Of a DNA stretch of 33,318 bases, positions 8,256 through 18,100 are shown in pieces. Under the pieces are notes generated by a model. That model did no database searches. It was not told where the DNA came from and saw only the letters and a list, made by a program, of their open reading frames with translations. Each line of letters begins with the position of its first letter. The stretch's first letter is position 1. The DNA comes from an uncultured Oscillospiraceae bacterium. Its GTDB lineage: Bacteria > Bacillota > Clostridia > Oscillospirales > Oscillospiraceae. The position numbers and the translations under genes were made by a program. The stretch spans positions 1-33,318 of the forward strand of contig CAAGIE010000064.1 in NCBI GenBank assembly GCA_900769835.1. The letters are read 5' to 3'.

Positions 8256-8280
8256 AAGGGCCGCCCTTGTGCGGCCCTTT
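8256..8280 (+). terminator. Internal GC-rich hairpin (weak terminator or attenuator)
   Basis: AAGGGCCGC-CCTTGT-GCGGCCCTT with only a short T run. Confidence 0.5.
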
Positions 8281-8297
8281 GTGGAGGGAGTGAAACA

Positions 8298-9374
8298 ATG
8301 AGCAAAAAGGATATCAAAGAAACGATTTTAGGAAAATGGTGGCAAAAGAGCAGTGCAAAATCCTTTTTGGATGCCCTGAAGGAAGCGTTGAAAAATGCGT
8401 TTACTCTGCAGGAGCGAATTGCCACTGCCACCTCAAAGACCGTGGGGAAAGCACTGGCGACATTTGATGAAGTCAACACACTGAAAATGCCGTCCACCGG
8501 TAGCGGAACTACGGTGCAACAGACCGGCAGTTCCGTAAACAATCTGGTGGGTACGGCGATGTCCGCGTTGATCGCAATGACCGGTAAACTCTCCCAGATC
8601 TCCAGTTTTGCGAAAATGCTGGCAAAATTGCCCGGTCTGCTGCTGAGCCTGATCAGCCCCGGTCAGCAGAGCATTTCGATCTTCGAGCGGATCACAGGTA
8701 TTTTCCGCCAGACGGAGATCACCGCCGATGCAGTGGGGCAGAAGACCCAGGCGGTGGCACTGGCGGTGGGCCGTCTGTCCGGCGCCTGGTCCGGCGCATC
8801 TTTTGCGATGCAGCAGTGGCAGCAGACGGGTCGGGCGATGGAAAATACCGCGCCGATGATCCAAAATCTGGGTGAACTCACCAAGAATGTAAAACTTCTG
8901 GGCGGCGGCTTTCAGGACTGCAAACGGGCGGCGGATCAGACGCTGAAGTCCATCCAGACCAACTGGGCGAATCTGAACCAATGGTTCCGCACCAATGTTG
9001 CCAATCCGATGATCCGGGATGTGAACAATATGCTCAAGGGCATCACCAACGGATTCAATCAGGTGGCTTACAGCACCAAAAATGTGAGTACAGGCGCGCC
9101 GATCTCCACGCCGAAGATCCCCCAACTTGCCCAGGGCGCGGTGTTGCCCGCCAATAAGCCTTTTCTGGCAGTGGTGGGCGATCAGAAAAACGGCACCAAC
9201 GTGGAAGCACCCTTGGATACCATCCGCCAGGCAGTGGCAGAGGTGGTGGGCAGCAACGATGTGGTGATCCAGTTCAACGGCGATCTTGCCCAACTGGCGC
9301 GGGTGCTTCGCCCTGCCATTATTAAGGAAAATGCAAGAGTCGGCGGCGGTTTGATCGTAAAGGAGGTGTTGTGA
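8298..9374 (+). CDS. Short tape measure protein
   Basis: 358 aa, Ala/Thr/Gln-rich and helical; ALATFDEVNTL and C-terminal IPQLAQGAVLPANKPFLAVVGDQKNGTNVEAP motifs of clostridial tape measures; expected position. Confidence 0.78.
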   Translation: MSKKDIKETILGKWWQKSSAKSFLDALKEALKNAFTLQERIATATSKTVGKALATFDEVNTLKMPSTGSGTTVQQTGSSVNNLVGTAMSALIAMTGKLSQISSFAKMLAKLPGLLLSLISPGQQSISIFERITGIFRQTEITADAVGQKTQAVALAVGRLSGAWSGASFAMQQWQQTGRAMENTAPMIQNLGELTKNVKLLGGGFQDCKRAADQTLKSIQTNWANLNQWFRTNVANPMIRDVNNMLKGITNGFNQVAYSTKNVSTGAPISTPKIPQLAQGAVLPANKPFLAVVGDQKNGTNVEAPLDTIRQAVAEVVGSNDVVIQFNGDLAQLARVLRPAIIKENARVGGGLIVKEVL

Positions 9375-9763
9375 TGGATAGCCGTGATCTGTTTATGATC
9401 GACGGAGTGGGTTATCGTGTCCACGTGCTGAAACTGACCCGAAAATTCTCGGTGCTGGATTCGGAAAAGGCGGGTCGTACTATGGACGGCCAGATGTACC
9501 GGGAGCCCATCGGCACCTACTACAACTACTCCATGACCGTGGCGCCTTACGGGGACAATCAGGATCTGGAAAAATTCTGGGAGGTGATCTCCCAGCCCAA
9601 GAAAAGTTACACCTGCCGCTTCCCTTACGGACAGAAGACCCTGACCCAGAAGATGTACATCACCGGCGGTGAGCAGGATCTGCTTCGGGCGGGAAAAGAT
9701 GGTAATTTCTGGGGCGAACTCTCCGTAAACTTTATTGCGATGGGGCCAAAGGTGGTGCCGTAA
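9374..9763 (+). CDS. Distal tail (Dit)-like protein
   Basis: 129 aa right after the tape measure; AGRTMDGQMYREPIG motif; AGGAGG RBS. Confidence 0.65.
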   Translation: MDSRDLFMIDGVGYRVHVLKLTRKFSVLDSEKAGRTMDGQMYREPIGTYYNYSMTVAPYGDNQDLEKFWEVISQPKKSYTCRFPYGQKTLTQKMYITGGEQDLLRAGKDGNFWGELSVNFIAMGPKVVP

Positions 9764-11478
9764 TGATAGAAGTCAAATATTTGGATATTCCGCCGGAAAT
9801 CGAGGAAAAACTGTCTTTTACTTGCGAAAATATTGGAGAAAATGCAAGTGCAGAAAAACTGACATTTCTGGAAAAAGAGCCGCTGTGGGCCACAACGGAG
9901 TACTTCGGCTGGCCTTTGGATGGTAGTCGCAGACTGTTAAAAGAAACGGAAAGCACCACCCTTTGGAGCCGTGATTTCAGCGCAACGGAGTCGGGTTATC
10001 TGGGGGCCAGTGTGCTGGGCGGCGCTGTGCTGAACAGTCGCAGTACCGCAGTCAAAGACGGCCCTTTTCTGGAGGTCGTCGTGTCCGAGCCGGTGACGGT
10101 GCCGGGCATCACCTTCGAGTTTTCACCCGAGGAGGATCGCTGGTGCAGCACTGTGGAACTGACGGTTTACCGCGGGGAGGAGATGGTGGAAAAACAGACC
10201 CTGCATCCCGATAACCCTCGCTGGTGCTATGCCCTTGCAGAAAGTTTTGACCGTCTGACAGTTCGCCTTTTGGAAACCAGCGTCCCCGGTTGTTACGCAA
10301 AACTCAACCGACTGTATCTGGGTCGGGTGCTGGTGTATTCCCACGGGGAGTTGGAGTCGGTGAAACTGGTGAACGAGGCAGACCCCACCCTCAGCGAACT
10401 GACGGTGGATACCATGACCGTGGAACTGCGGGATCTGCAGGAGCGCCAGCTTCTGCCCCGGAAGGATCAGCGGATAGAACTGTACCGGGACGGCCGCCTG
10501 CTTGTGAGCTATGGCATCGAAAGTTTCAGCCGTCAGGAAAAGAACCGCTACACCTTGCGATGCCGCTCCGCGGTGGGTCAGCTGGAGGATACCTTCCTAG
10601 GTGGCATTTATGAAAATGCCCCCATAGAATCGGTGCTGGAGCAGATTCTGGAGGGGCTGGAGGTTCAGGTGGAGGAATGCCTGAAAGATGTTCGTATCAG
10701 CGGTTATTTGCCGGTCTGCACCCGCCGTCAGGCGCTGCAGCAGGTGGCCTTTGCGGCGGGCGCGTTGGTGAGCACCAGAGGCACCCGCGGAATCCTCCTG
10801 CGGGGAATTGCCCGTCAGGTGGACGGTAGTTTTCAGACCCAGATGCTCTTCCGGGATGGCGTGGTGCAAACCGATTCCGGCGTGAGCCGTCTGGAGGCGG
10901 TGGCCCATAAATATACCCCCACCCAGACGCGGGAAACTTTGGTGGACGGAGAACATTTCAGCGGGGAGAATGTACTGCTGACCTTTGATACGCCCCATCA
11001 TAGCTATACCATCACCGGCGGCAGGATCACCGAGCAGGGAGCGAACCATATCCGCCTGACTGCCAATGGCGCAGTGACCGTTACCGCCTGCACTTATAGC
11101 CATACCACCGTTCGCCATATTCGGGATCTGGCATCCCGGGGCGCGTTCAGCGCAGACCGCATTGAAAAGGTGGAGGCGGCGACCCTGATCCACAGTGGAA
11201 ATGTGCAGGCGCTTCTGGATCGGCTGGATGGGGTGTATGCTCTGCGGCAGACATTGACGCAGACTGTGGTGGTGAACGGTCAGTTTGCAGGTCAGCGCGT
11301 GGCGCTGACAGACCCCTTCGGTGATATGCTCAAAGGCTATATAACGGAGATGGAAAGCAATCTGACCCCCGGCGGACAAACCGCCCGCATCACCCTGCTG
11401 GGTCAGCAGGCTTCGCCGGAGACCGAGGTGCGTTACGCAGGTATGTTTTATGCAGGAGATCAGGAGGTGGCGCTATGA
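9763..11478 (+). CDS. Tail tip/baseplate hub protein
   Basis: 571 aa after Dit; GYLPVCTRRQALQQVAFAAG hub-like segment. Confidence 0.65.
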   Translation: MIEVKYLDIPPEIEEKLSFTCENIGENASAEKLTFLEKEPLWATTEYFGWPLDGSRRLLKETESTTLWSRDFSATESGYLGASVLGGAVLNSRSTAVKDGPFLEVVVSEPVTVPGITFEFSPEEDRWCSTVELTVYRGEEMVEKQTLHPDNPRWCYALAESFDRLTVRLLETSVPGCYAKLNRLYLGRVLVYSHGELESVKLVNEADPTLSELTVDTMTVELRDLQERQLLPRKDQRIELYRDGRLLVSYGIESFSRQEKNRYTLRCRSAVGQLEDTFLGGIYENAPIESVLEQILEGLEVQVEECLKDVRISGYLPVCTRRQALQQVAFAAGALVSTRGTRGILLRGIARQVDGSFQTQMLFRDGVVQTDSGVSRLEAVAHKYTPTQTRETLVDGEHFSGENVLLTFDTPHHSYTITGGRITEQGANHIRLTANGAVTVTACTYSHTTVRHIRDLASRGAFSADRIEKVEAATLIHSGNVQALLDRLDGVYALRQTLTQTVVVNGQFAGQRVALTDPFGDMLKGYITEMESNLTPGGQTARITLLGQQASPETEVRYAGMFYAGDQEVAL

Positions 11479-11855
11479 GATTTGTTACCGACAGAACCTG
11501 GGCGGATGTACTGGCGGGTACGGAAAAAGGACGCTATACCACCCGGGATCTGGATCGGGTGGAGCAGGCGGTGGAATATCTGGGGAGTTTTTTGCCCGCG
11601 CTGGGCATTTCTCTGGAACTGACCACCTGCACCCAATGGAGCAAGACCCGGAAAATGCCCACCCGGGAGTCTATGGAGCGGTATTTGCAGAATGTCCGCG
11701 GGCTTTGCGCCTGTCTGGGACTGGAGCCGGAGTTGCCGGATAGCATGGAAAGACTGACTTATCAGGATGCAAACCGTATCGAGCTTGCTCTGGAGCAGGC
11801 AGAAAAAAGACTGGAGCAGCTTCTGGGCGATTATCAAATGAGGAAGGAGCAATAA
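11475..11855 (+). CDS. Tail-associated hypothetical protein
   Basis: 126 aa, ATGA-coupled; contains DLDRVE and DANRIE motifs. Confidence 0.6.
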   Translation: MRFVTDRTWADVLAGTEKGRYTTRDLDRVEQAVEYLGSFLPALGISLELTTCTQWSKTRKMPTRESMERYLQNVRGLCACLGLEPELPDSMERLTYQDANRIELALEQAEKRLEQLLGDYQMRKEQ

Positions 11856-11856
11856 A

Positions 11857-12549
11857 ATGAAAGACAGAGTACCCGGCGCGCCGGGTCAATACAAAGCGGT
11901 GATCACCGCCGACGAGCAGATGAAACTCTCTGCGGAGGAGCCTTTTATCATCACTCTGACCAGGGACGATCACCCCATCACAGAGGGCACGCCTTACAGT
12001 AAGGCGGCGGTGCTGCCGGATAGTCTGGCAGCATCCCTCTGCCCCGGTGCAGAGGACCCCACACCTGCGGATGCCTTTGCGGCGCTCCACGCAAAAGCCG
12101 TGGAATCCCAAGAACATCCGGGCTGTTACTACCGTGTGGTAGCGGGGGAAACGGAGTGGATCAATCCCCCTATGCTGTATGGGCAAGAGTATCGCACCAC
12201 CCGTCGGCATAACGGCAAAGTGGTCTATACGAAGCTGGTGGATATGGGCGACTTGCCCTGGGGCACCGTGAGCGAGCCGGGCTATAAATGGGTAGACCTG
12301 GGAGCGGAAGCGGAATACATCCTGGCCTGGAAAGCAAGCCTCAGCAAAGAGACCCTTGCGGACGACGACAGAACCAAAATTATCGTGCGCTATGGCATCC
12401 CCTATGCGAAGCACGGCACCCAGCAGGTCATCGCAGATATCTATTTCAGAGGCAGAAGCGCAGTGCTGTCCACCACCGGGATCATGGACCACGGGGAGCA
12501 GGCGAATTTGCAGATCGAGTATACGAAGGAGGATTGGATATGCAAGTAA
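11857..12549 (+). CDS. Putative tail fibre/baseplate protein
   Basis: 230 aa; MKDRVP...EGTPYSKA N-terminus and EWINPPM...EYRTTRRHNGKVVYTKLVD fibre-like module. Confidence 0.6.
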   Translation: MKDRVPGAPGQYKAVITADEQMKLSAEEPFIITLTRDDHPITEGTPYSKAAVLPDSLAASLCPGAEDPTPADAFAALHAKAVESQEHPGCYYRVVAGETEWINPPMLYGQEYRTTRRHNGKVVYTKLVDMGDLPWGTVSEPGYKWVDLGAEAEYILAWKASLSKETLADDDRTKIIVRYGIPYAKHGTQQVIADIYFRGRSAVLSTTGIMDHGEQANLQIEYTKEDWICK

Positions 12550-12582
12550 TCGAGCGTATCTTTGGTAAGGAGGTGGCGGCAG

Positions 12583-12774
12583 ATGCAGTATGTTAAGCAG
12601 AATTTCGAGGACGGCACCGTGCTGACCGCCCAGCATCTGAACCACATAGAGGACGGCATCGCAGAACTGATCCCTCAGGTCACTACTATGGATGCCGGTA
12701 AGTTTCTGCGGGTGTCTTCCGATGGCAGATGGCAGGCGGAGCAGTTGATCGATGCGACGGAGGTGGGCATGTGA
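12583..12774 (+). CDS. Small fibre-associated protein
   Basis: AAGGAGGT RBS then ATG at 12583; MQYVKQNFEDGTVLTAQHLNHIEDGI, 63 aa. Confidence 0.65.
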   Translation: MQYVKQNFEDGTVLTAQHLNHIEDGIAELIPQVTTMDAGKFLRVSSDGRWQAEQLIDATEVGM

Positions 12775-13430
12775 GCGATTGCGTACTGATGCCCGCCGTC
12801 CACTTTCAGGATATCTGCAATGCGGTGCGGGAAAAGAGCGGCAAGCAAGCCCCTTTGTGCTCGGGGGATGTGGCGGAGGAGATCCGCAATCTCCCCAGCG
12901 GTGCCAACGATGCCTTTTGGGATGCTTACCAGCAAAACGGCAACCGCGTCAATTATTATCAGCGGTTTATGCACGATGGCTGGAACGATGAAACCTTCCA
13001 ACCCAAGTATGCCATCACCTGCCGGGACAGTTCCACCAGTGGCTGTTCCGTGTTCTACAATGCCCGTATGACCACGATCCCCGTGCCGGTGATCGTCAGC
13101 GGTGTGTCTGCCAAGGAGATGTTCAGCCAATGCACAAAACTGGAAACCATCTCCCGACTGGTGATGGACAATGTAACGGAAACCAGCGGTATGTTTACCG
13201 GCTGCGCGCGTCTGCGGGAACTGAATGTGGAGGGCAGAATCTCCACCAATCTGAGCCTTGCGGCGGCAGAAAATTTGTCGGAGGAGAGCGCGGAAAAGGT
13301 GGTGCTTTGCCTGCGGGATATGTCAGGTATCGGCGAGCGGACACTGACGTTGCACAACGCGGTGGGCAACCGTATGTCTCCCGACATGAAAGCGCTCGCC
13401 ACCATCAAAAACTGGATTTTGGTTTATTAA
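12771..13430 (+). CDS. BspA/DUF285-like leucine-rich-repeat protein, putative receptor-binding protein
   Basis: GTG start after GGAGG; EMFSQCTKLETI and GMFTGCARLREL repeats; ends ATIKNWILVY. Confidence 0.6.
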   Translation: MSDCVLMPAVHFQDICNAVREKSGKQAPLCSGDVAEEIRNLPSGANDAFWDAYQQNGNRVNYYQRFMHDGWNDETFQPKYAITCRDSSTSGCSVFYNARMTTIPVPVIVSGVSAKEMFSQCTKLETISRLVMDNVTETSGMFTGCARLRELNVEGRISTNLSLAAAENLSEESAEKVVLCLRDMSGIGERTLTLHNAVGNRMSPDMKALATIKNWILVY

Positions 13431-13440
13431 GGAGGACAGG

Positions 13441-13593
13441 ATGAAAACAGTCACACAAAGAATTCTCACTGCCGAGGAAGGTATGTACCTGACCGACGGC
13501 GAACATTACGGCAAAACGGTGATTCTCCCTATGGAAGCCGACCACACTTTGTGGCGCGAGGTGCGGGAAGAAGAGGTGCCGGATGAGTTTTAA
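13441..13593 (+). CDS. Small 50-aa hypothetical protein (not in ORF track)
   Basis: AAGGAGG RBS; MKTVTQRILTAEEGMYLTDGEHYGKTVILPMEADHTLWREVREEEVPDEF; fills the gap and overlaps the amidase start. Confidence 0.7.
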   Translation: MKTVTQRILTAEEGMYLTDGEHYGKTVILPMEADHTLWREVREEEVPDEF

Positions 13594-14494
13594 AATTGCT
13601 TACGGAGCCGGTCACTTTCGCCACACCCCCGGCAACAAGGTTTCCAGAGAATTTGACCCCGATGAAACCAGGGAATGGATCCTCAATGACCGGGTAGCCC
13701 GCCACTTTAGCGATGCCGCAAAGCAGTATCCGGATGTGGAGCTTTTGCGTACCGATGACGTCACCGGTGAAACGGACGTGGGTCTGTCTGCGCGATGCCA
13801 AAAGGCCAACGATTTCAATGCCGACTTCTGCCTTTCCATTCACCACAATGCCGGTGCCAACCTGACAAATGCCGGTGGTGTGGTGGCGTTTTCCTACCCC
13901 GGCAGCACTAAGGGCGCGGTGTACAGAAACGCCATCTATGACCACTGTATTGCCGCCGGCGGATTGCGGGGCAATCGGGCGTTGCCCAAGGCCACCGCGG
14001 GCTTTTATGTCCTGCGCTATACTGCGGCGCCCTGCGTGCTGATGGAGTACGGTTTTATGGACAGCAAACTGGATGCCCCGGTGATCCTGCAGGAGGAATA
14101 TTCCCGAAAAATGGCCTATGCCACTATGGCGGCCATTGCCGAGGTGGCAGGTCTTGAGAAACGGAAAACGCCTACGGACACCTACACTTTGGAGGAATTT
14201 ATCCGGGAGGTGCAGGCGGCCATTGGCGCAGAGGTGGACGGCATTGCCGGTCCGGAAACCATCGGCAAGACCGTCACCCTTTCCATAGAGAAAAATGATA
14301 CCCACCCCGCGGTAAAGCCGGTGCAAAAGCGCCTGTTCGCTCTGGGTTATACCCAGGTGGGCGAAGCCGACGGCATCGCCGGCCCTAAGTTTCGGGACGC
14401 GGTGCTGGCTTTCCAGCAGGATAACGACTGCTGGCGGGACGGTGTGATCACCGCCGCCAATAAGACCTGGCGCAAACTCCTGGGAATGGAGTAG
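13583..14494 (+). CDS. Endolysin: N-acetylmuramoyl-L-alanine amidase (Amidase_3) with C-terminal peptidoglycan-binding domains
   Basis: GAGH, REW, SIHHNA and LMEYGFMD zinc/catalytic motifs; VDGIAGPET, ADGIAGPK and AVLAFQ PG_binding_1 motifs. Confidence 0.92.
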   Translation: MSFKIAYGAGHFRHTPGNKVSREFDPDETREWILNDRVARHFSDAAKQYPDVELLRTDDVTGETDVGLSARCQKANDFNADFCLSIHHNAGANLTNAGGVVAFSYPGSTKGAVYRNAIYDHCIAAGGLRGNRALPKATAGFYVLRYTAAPCVLMEYGFMDSKLDAPVILQEEYSRKMAYATMAAIAEVAGLEKRKTPTDTYTLEEFIREVQAAIGAEVDGIAGPETIGKTVTLSIEKNDTHPAVKPVQKRLFALGYTQVGEADGIAGPKFRDAVLAFQQDNDCWRDGVITAANKTWRKLLGME

Positions 14495-14507
14495 GGGAGG
14501 TGTACCA

Positions 14508-14765
14508 ATGAGTGAAGCGATTGCCGTTGCCATCATCACCGGGGGACTGTCCCTTGCGGGTGTGGTGGTGACCTGCCTTGCCACTGCCAAGAAAAACGAA
14601 AATGCAGTGCGGATCAGCCAGGCGGTGACCGACACCAAGATCGACGAGCTGACCCGGGAAGTGCGGGAGCATAACGGCTTTGCCCGACGGATGCCGGTGG
14701 TGGAGGAGCAGATCAAAGTCCTGAACCACCGCATCACAGACCTGGAAACAAAGGAGAGAGTATGA
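14508..14765 (+). CDS. Holin-associated membrane protein (one TM plus coiled coil)
   Basis: Hydrophobic N-terminus followed by KIDELTREVREHN...RITDLE; lysis-cassette position. Confidence 0.65.
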   Translation: MSEAIAVAIITGGLSLAGVVVTCLATAKKNENAVRISQAVTDTKIDELTREVREHNGFARRMPVVEEQIKVLNHRITDLETKERV

Positions 14766-14944
14766 AAGAACTGATCAACGGATTGGCGAAACTTCTGAAA
14801 GTAAAGACCATCGTGACCCTGGTGGTGATCAGCGTATTTGCGGCACTGGCTATGTCGGCTCGACTGCCTGCAGACAACGTGATGATCGTAGTGTCTATGG
14901 TGGTGTCGTTCTATTTCGGCACCCAGCACGAGAAGGATAAATAA
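14762..14944 (+). CDS. Putative holin
   Basis: 60 aa with two hydrophobic segments and a VVSFYFGTQ plus charged C-terminus. Confidence 0.7.
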   Translation: MKELINGLAKLLKVKTIVTLVVISVFAALAMSARLPADNVMIVVSMVVSFYFGTQHEKDK

Positions 14945-14950
14945 AAGACG

Positions 14951-14987
14951 AAAAAGGGCGGCCTCAGGGCCGCCCGATTATGTTTTT
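14951..14987. terminator. Hairpin closing the phage-like operon (possibly bidirectional terminator)
   Basis: AAAAA-GGGCGGCC-TCAG-GGCCGCCC followed by GATTATGTTTTT. Confidence 0.65.
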
Positions 14988-15085
14988 GCCCCGAAGCGGC
15001 AAATTTTTGTGAGAAAATCCCTCGAAATGGCAAAAAACGAGAAAAATCCCCTTTGTTTTTGTTCAACTAAACGACAGATATCTCG

Positions 15086-15114
15086 TTGACTTTTGCTTTT
15101 TTGTATTATATAAT
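15086..15114 (+). promoter_or_regulatory. Sigma-A promoter of giant surface protein A
   Basis: TTGACT, 17 nt, TATAAT. Confidence 0.8.
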
Positions 15115-15180
15115 GTACAAGAGTATTTGTAGGACTATACCTACTCACTTTTAAGAACTCTGGAGAAAGGGGTTTTTCAA

Positions 15181-18100
15181 ATGAAAATGAGAACTCGTCG
15201 GATCCTCTCTCTGTTGCTTGTGCTGGCAATGGTTGTAGGATTCATCCCCGCCTTTGACTTGGGTGTCAAGGCTTCCGCAGCCGGAGAAGAAACTCCCGCG
15301 GAACCTACTGCTGCTGTCTATGCTTATGTGGCAGACATCAGCGAGTATCGTGTAAACACGGAAGTACACGATGCAAACAATGATGATAAGCACGATCTGA
15401 CCGCAGTGTATAGCGACTATCCTGCAAAGGAAGGCTATGTATTCGCAGGTTGGTTCGTGGATCAGTCCGGCAGTATGGAGGCAGCATTGCCTGCAGAAAT
15501 TACTTCCGGCGGCGCATACGCAAAGTTTGTGCCTGAAAGACTGATGAAGGCCGTAGCACAGGTCAGCATCACTACCGATTATACTACTGCAGCTTCCTCC
15601 CTGCGTTTTGTGGCAGCGGTGGACAGCCTGAACTATGCCCAGGTTGGCTTCAAGCTGAATAAGGAAGGCTCTGCAAAGACCTATTCCCATGCGACAGGCA
15701 AAGTGTATACTTCTCTGTCTGCAGCGCTGGAAGGCGGTTCTCTGAAGCCCGGTTATTTCGGTGAAGCGGCAAGCTATATGTATGCCCTGACCGTCACCGG
15801 CATTAAGGACCAGAGCGCCAACTATGTGGCAACTCCCTTCTGGATCACTCTGGACGGCACCAAGGTCGACCACATCCCCACTACCGAAAAGGCAGTTGAG
15901 ATGGGTATCAAGGCCAATGTGGCAGCCGGCAAGACCGAGATCCCCGAGAATATGACCTGGTACACCAATGCCAGCGTGTTGTACATCAGCAATGCCGAGG
16001 AATTCAAGGCTTTCGCCGAGATGACTAAGACCGACAATTTTGCCGGCAAGACTATCAAGTTGTCCGCTAACATCGACCTGAACCCCGGTGTTAAGTGGGC
16101 TGACATTACCGGCGCTTCCGGCGATGCATATGTTTGGCCCGGCTTGGGTACTCTGGATGTACCTTTTGCAGGTACTATCGATGGCTGCGGCCACACCATC
16201 AGCAAGCTGACTGCTAAGGCTACTGGTACTACTATCGGCTTCATCGTTGCTGCAAAGGGCGCAACCGTTAAGAACCTGACTCTGGATGCATCCTACATCC
16301 AGAACACCTCCGCAACCGGCACTGCTCATACCGGTGTGATCGCAGGTTGGTCTGACGGTATCACCATCGACAATGTTGTTGTCACCAAGGACGTTACCGT
16401 CAGAGGTGGCTACACTATGGGTCTGGTTGGTACTGCACAGACCGGCACCACCACCATCAAGAACTCCTGGTCCGCTATCACTATCCAGGCTAACTACAAC
16501 AACCTGGTTAACGTTGGCGGCTTCCTGGGTCACATGAACTCCACCGGCAAGTCCGTTGCAGTGATTGAGAACTGCTTGTTCACCGGTACCACTAAGGGTA
16601 CTTTCAAGACCGGCTCTTACGTTGGCGGTATCGTTGGTATCGGTGCTTACAACAACACCGTGACGATCACCGACACTCTGAGCGCTGGTAACATTAACGC
16701 TGTTGCAGGCGTTACCGTTTACAACGGCACCTGCTATGTTGGCTCCGTTATTGCTAACACCCCCGGTAACGGCAAGGGTACATATACCGATGTTTACGCT
16801 ACCAACGAGTGCGCTCCTGCTGCAATCGCAGCCGGCACCAAGTACACCGGCACAGTGACTTTGGTTGCCAATGCAGATATCCAGGGTTACAATGCTTTCA
16901 CCAATGCAAGTGGTCTGGACTACGCAAATAGTTGGGCAGCACAGCAGGGCGGCATTCCTGTTCCTAAGGTGTTTGCAGAAAACAACGGCGTGGATATCTC
17001 TTGGTACGACAGCACCAAGACCGAGTTCGTCATCACCACTGCAGCACAGCTCAATGGTCTTGTGTATCTGTCTAAGACCAACACCTTCGCAGGCAAGACT
17101 GTGAAGCTGGGCGCAGATATTACTTATAACACCGGCAATGCCGCAGACTGGGCAACCACTGCACCTGCATATTCCTGGTCTCCCATTGGCGACAGTGCCG
17201 ACGGCTGGAAGGGTACCTTCGACGGCCAGAACCACACCATTTCCGGTCTGTACTGCAGCAACACCGGCTACGCTACCTTCATTGCAAGAATGTATGCAGG
17301 CGGTGCGCTGAAGAACGTTAAGATCGTGAACTCCTACTTCGTCAGCACCGGTACCGGCGACTCCTTCCATAACGGCGCAGGTATCCTGGGTCGTGTGACC
17401 GGCGCACCGACCATTACCGGCATCTACACCGACGCCTACCTGAAGGGCGTTAAGGGCGTAGGTATTATTGCCTTCTCCGATTCCGGCGCCAACACCATCA
17501 CCAACTGCTGGTTTGACGGCACCATCGATGTGACCGGCGCCACCAACGTTGGCGGTATCGTCGGTTCTGTGGCGAACAGCGTTACCCATACCATTTCCAA
17601 CTGCTTGTTCACCGGCACGGTGACCGGCACCGTCGGCGGCAGCGCTTATGTTGGCGGTATTTACGGCATCGCCCCCTATAGCGCAAAGGTCAACATGACC
17701 AACTGCCTGGTGGCCGGCGATATGACCGGCGCGACCGGTTCCGGCAAGATCGGCGCTATCGCCGGTAACGTCCCCGGCGGTAACGGCTCCACCCATACCA
17801 ATGTTTACGCAACCGCTGAGACCCACGCAAATCTGGCAGGTGCAGGCGGCACACTGAGCAAGTTCACCGTTACCGCTGTTGCTGAGGCAAACATTCTGGG
17901 TGACGGCGCAAAGAGCGTGCTCACCGGCCTGACCTTCAACAACCCCCTCAATGCACAAGGCTGGTACACTCGTGAGAACGATGTTCCCGCATTCGGTCAG
18001 TATACCATCGAAGGCGTAGACGTTTCCTGGTACGATGAAAGCGCAACTGAATTCGTCCTGATGGACGAGGCAGATCTGTTCGGCTTTGTGTACCTGTGTA

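Larger units (their letters stand above)
1055..14944 (+). mobile_element. Phage-derived head-tail-lysis operon without integration or replication genes (GTA-like element or cryptic prophage remnant)
   Basis: About 22 co-oriented, tightly coupled ORFs in siphophage order from TerS to holin, flanked directly by host genes and promoters. Confidence 0.85.

Noticed and set aside
1055..14944. Tailocin or contractile injection system interpretation
   Set aside because: Terminase, portal and capsid genes are present and there is no sheath gene, so the particle should be DNA-filled with a non-contractile tail.
836..15018. Possible attL/attR: TTTTTGCGGGAAAAT (836-850) versus TTTTTGTGAGAAAAT (15004-15018)
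   Set aside because: The match is only 13/15 in low-complexity AT-rich promoter DNA, with no integrase or tRNA target nearby.
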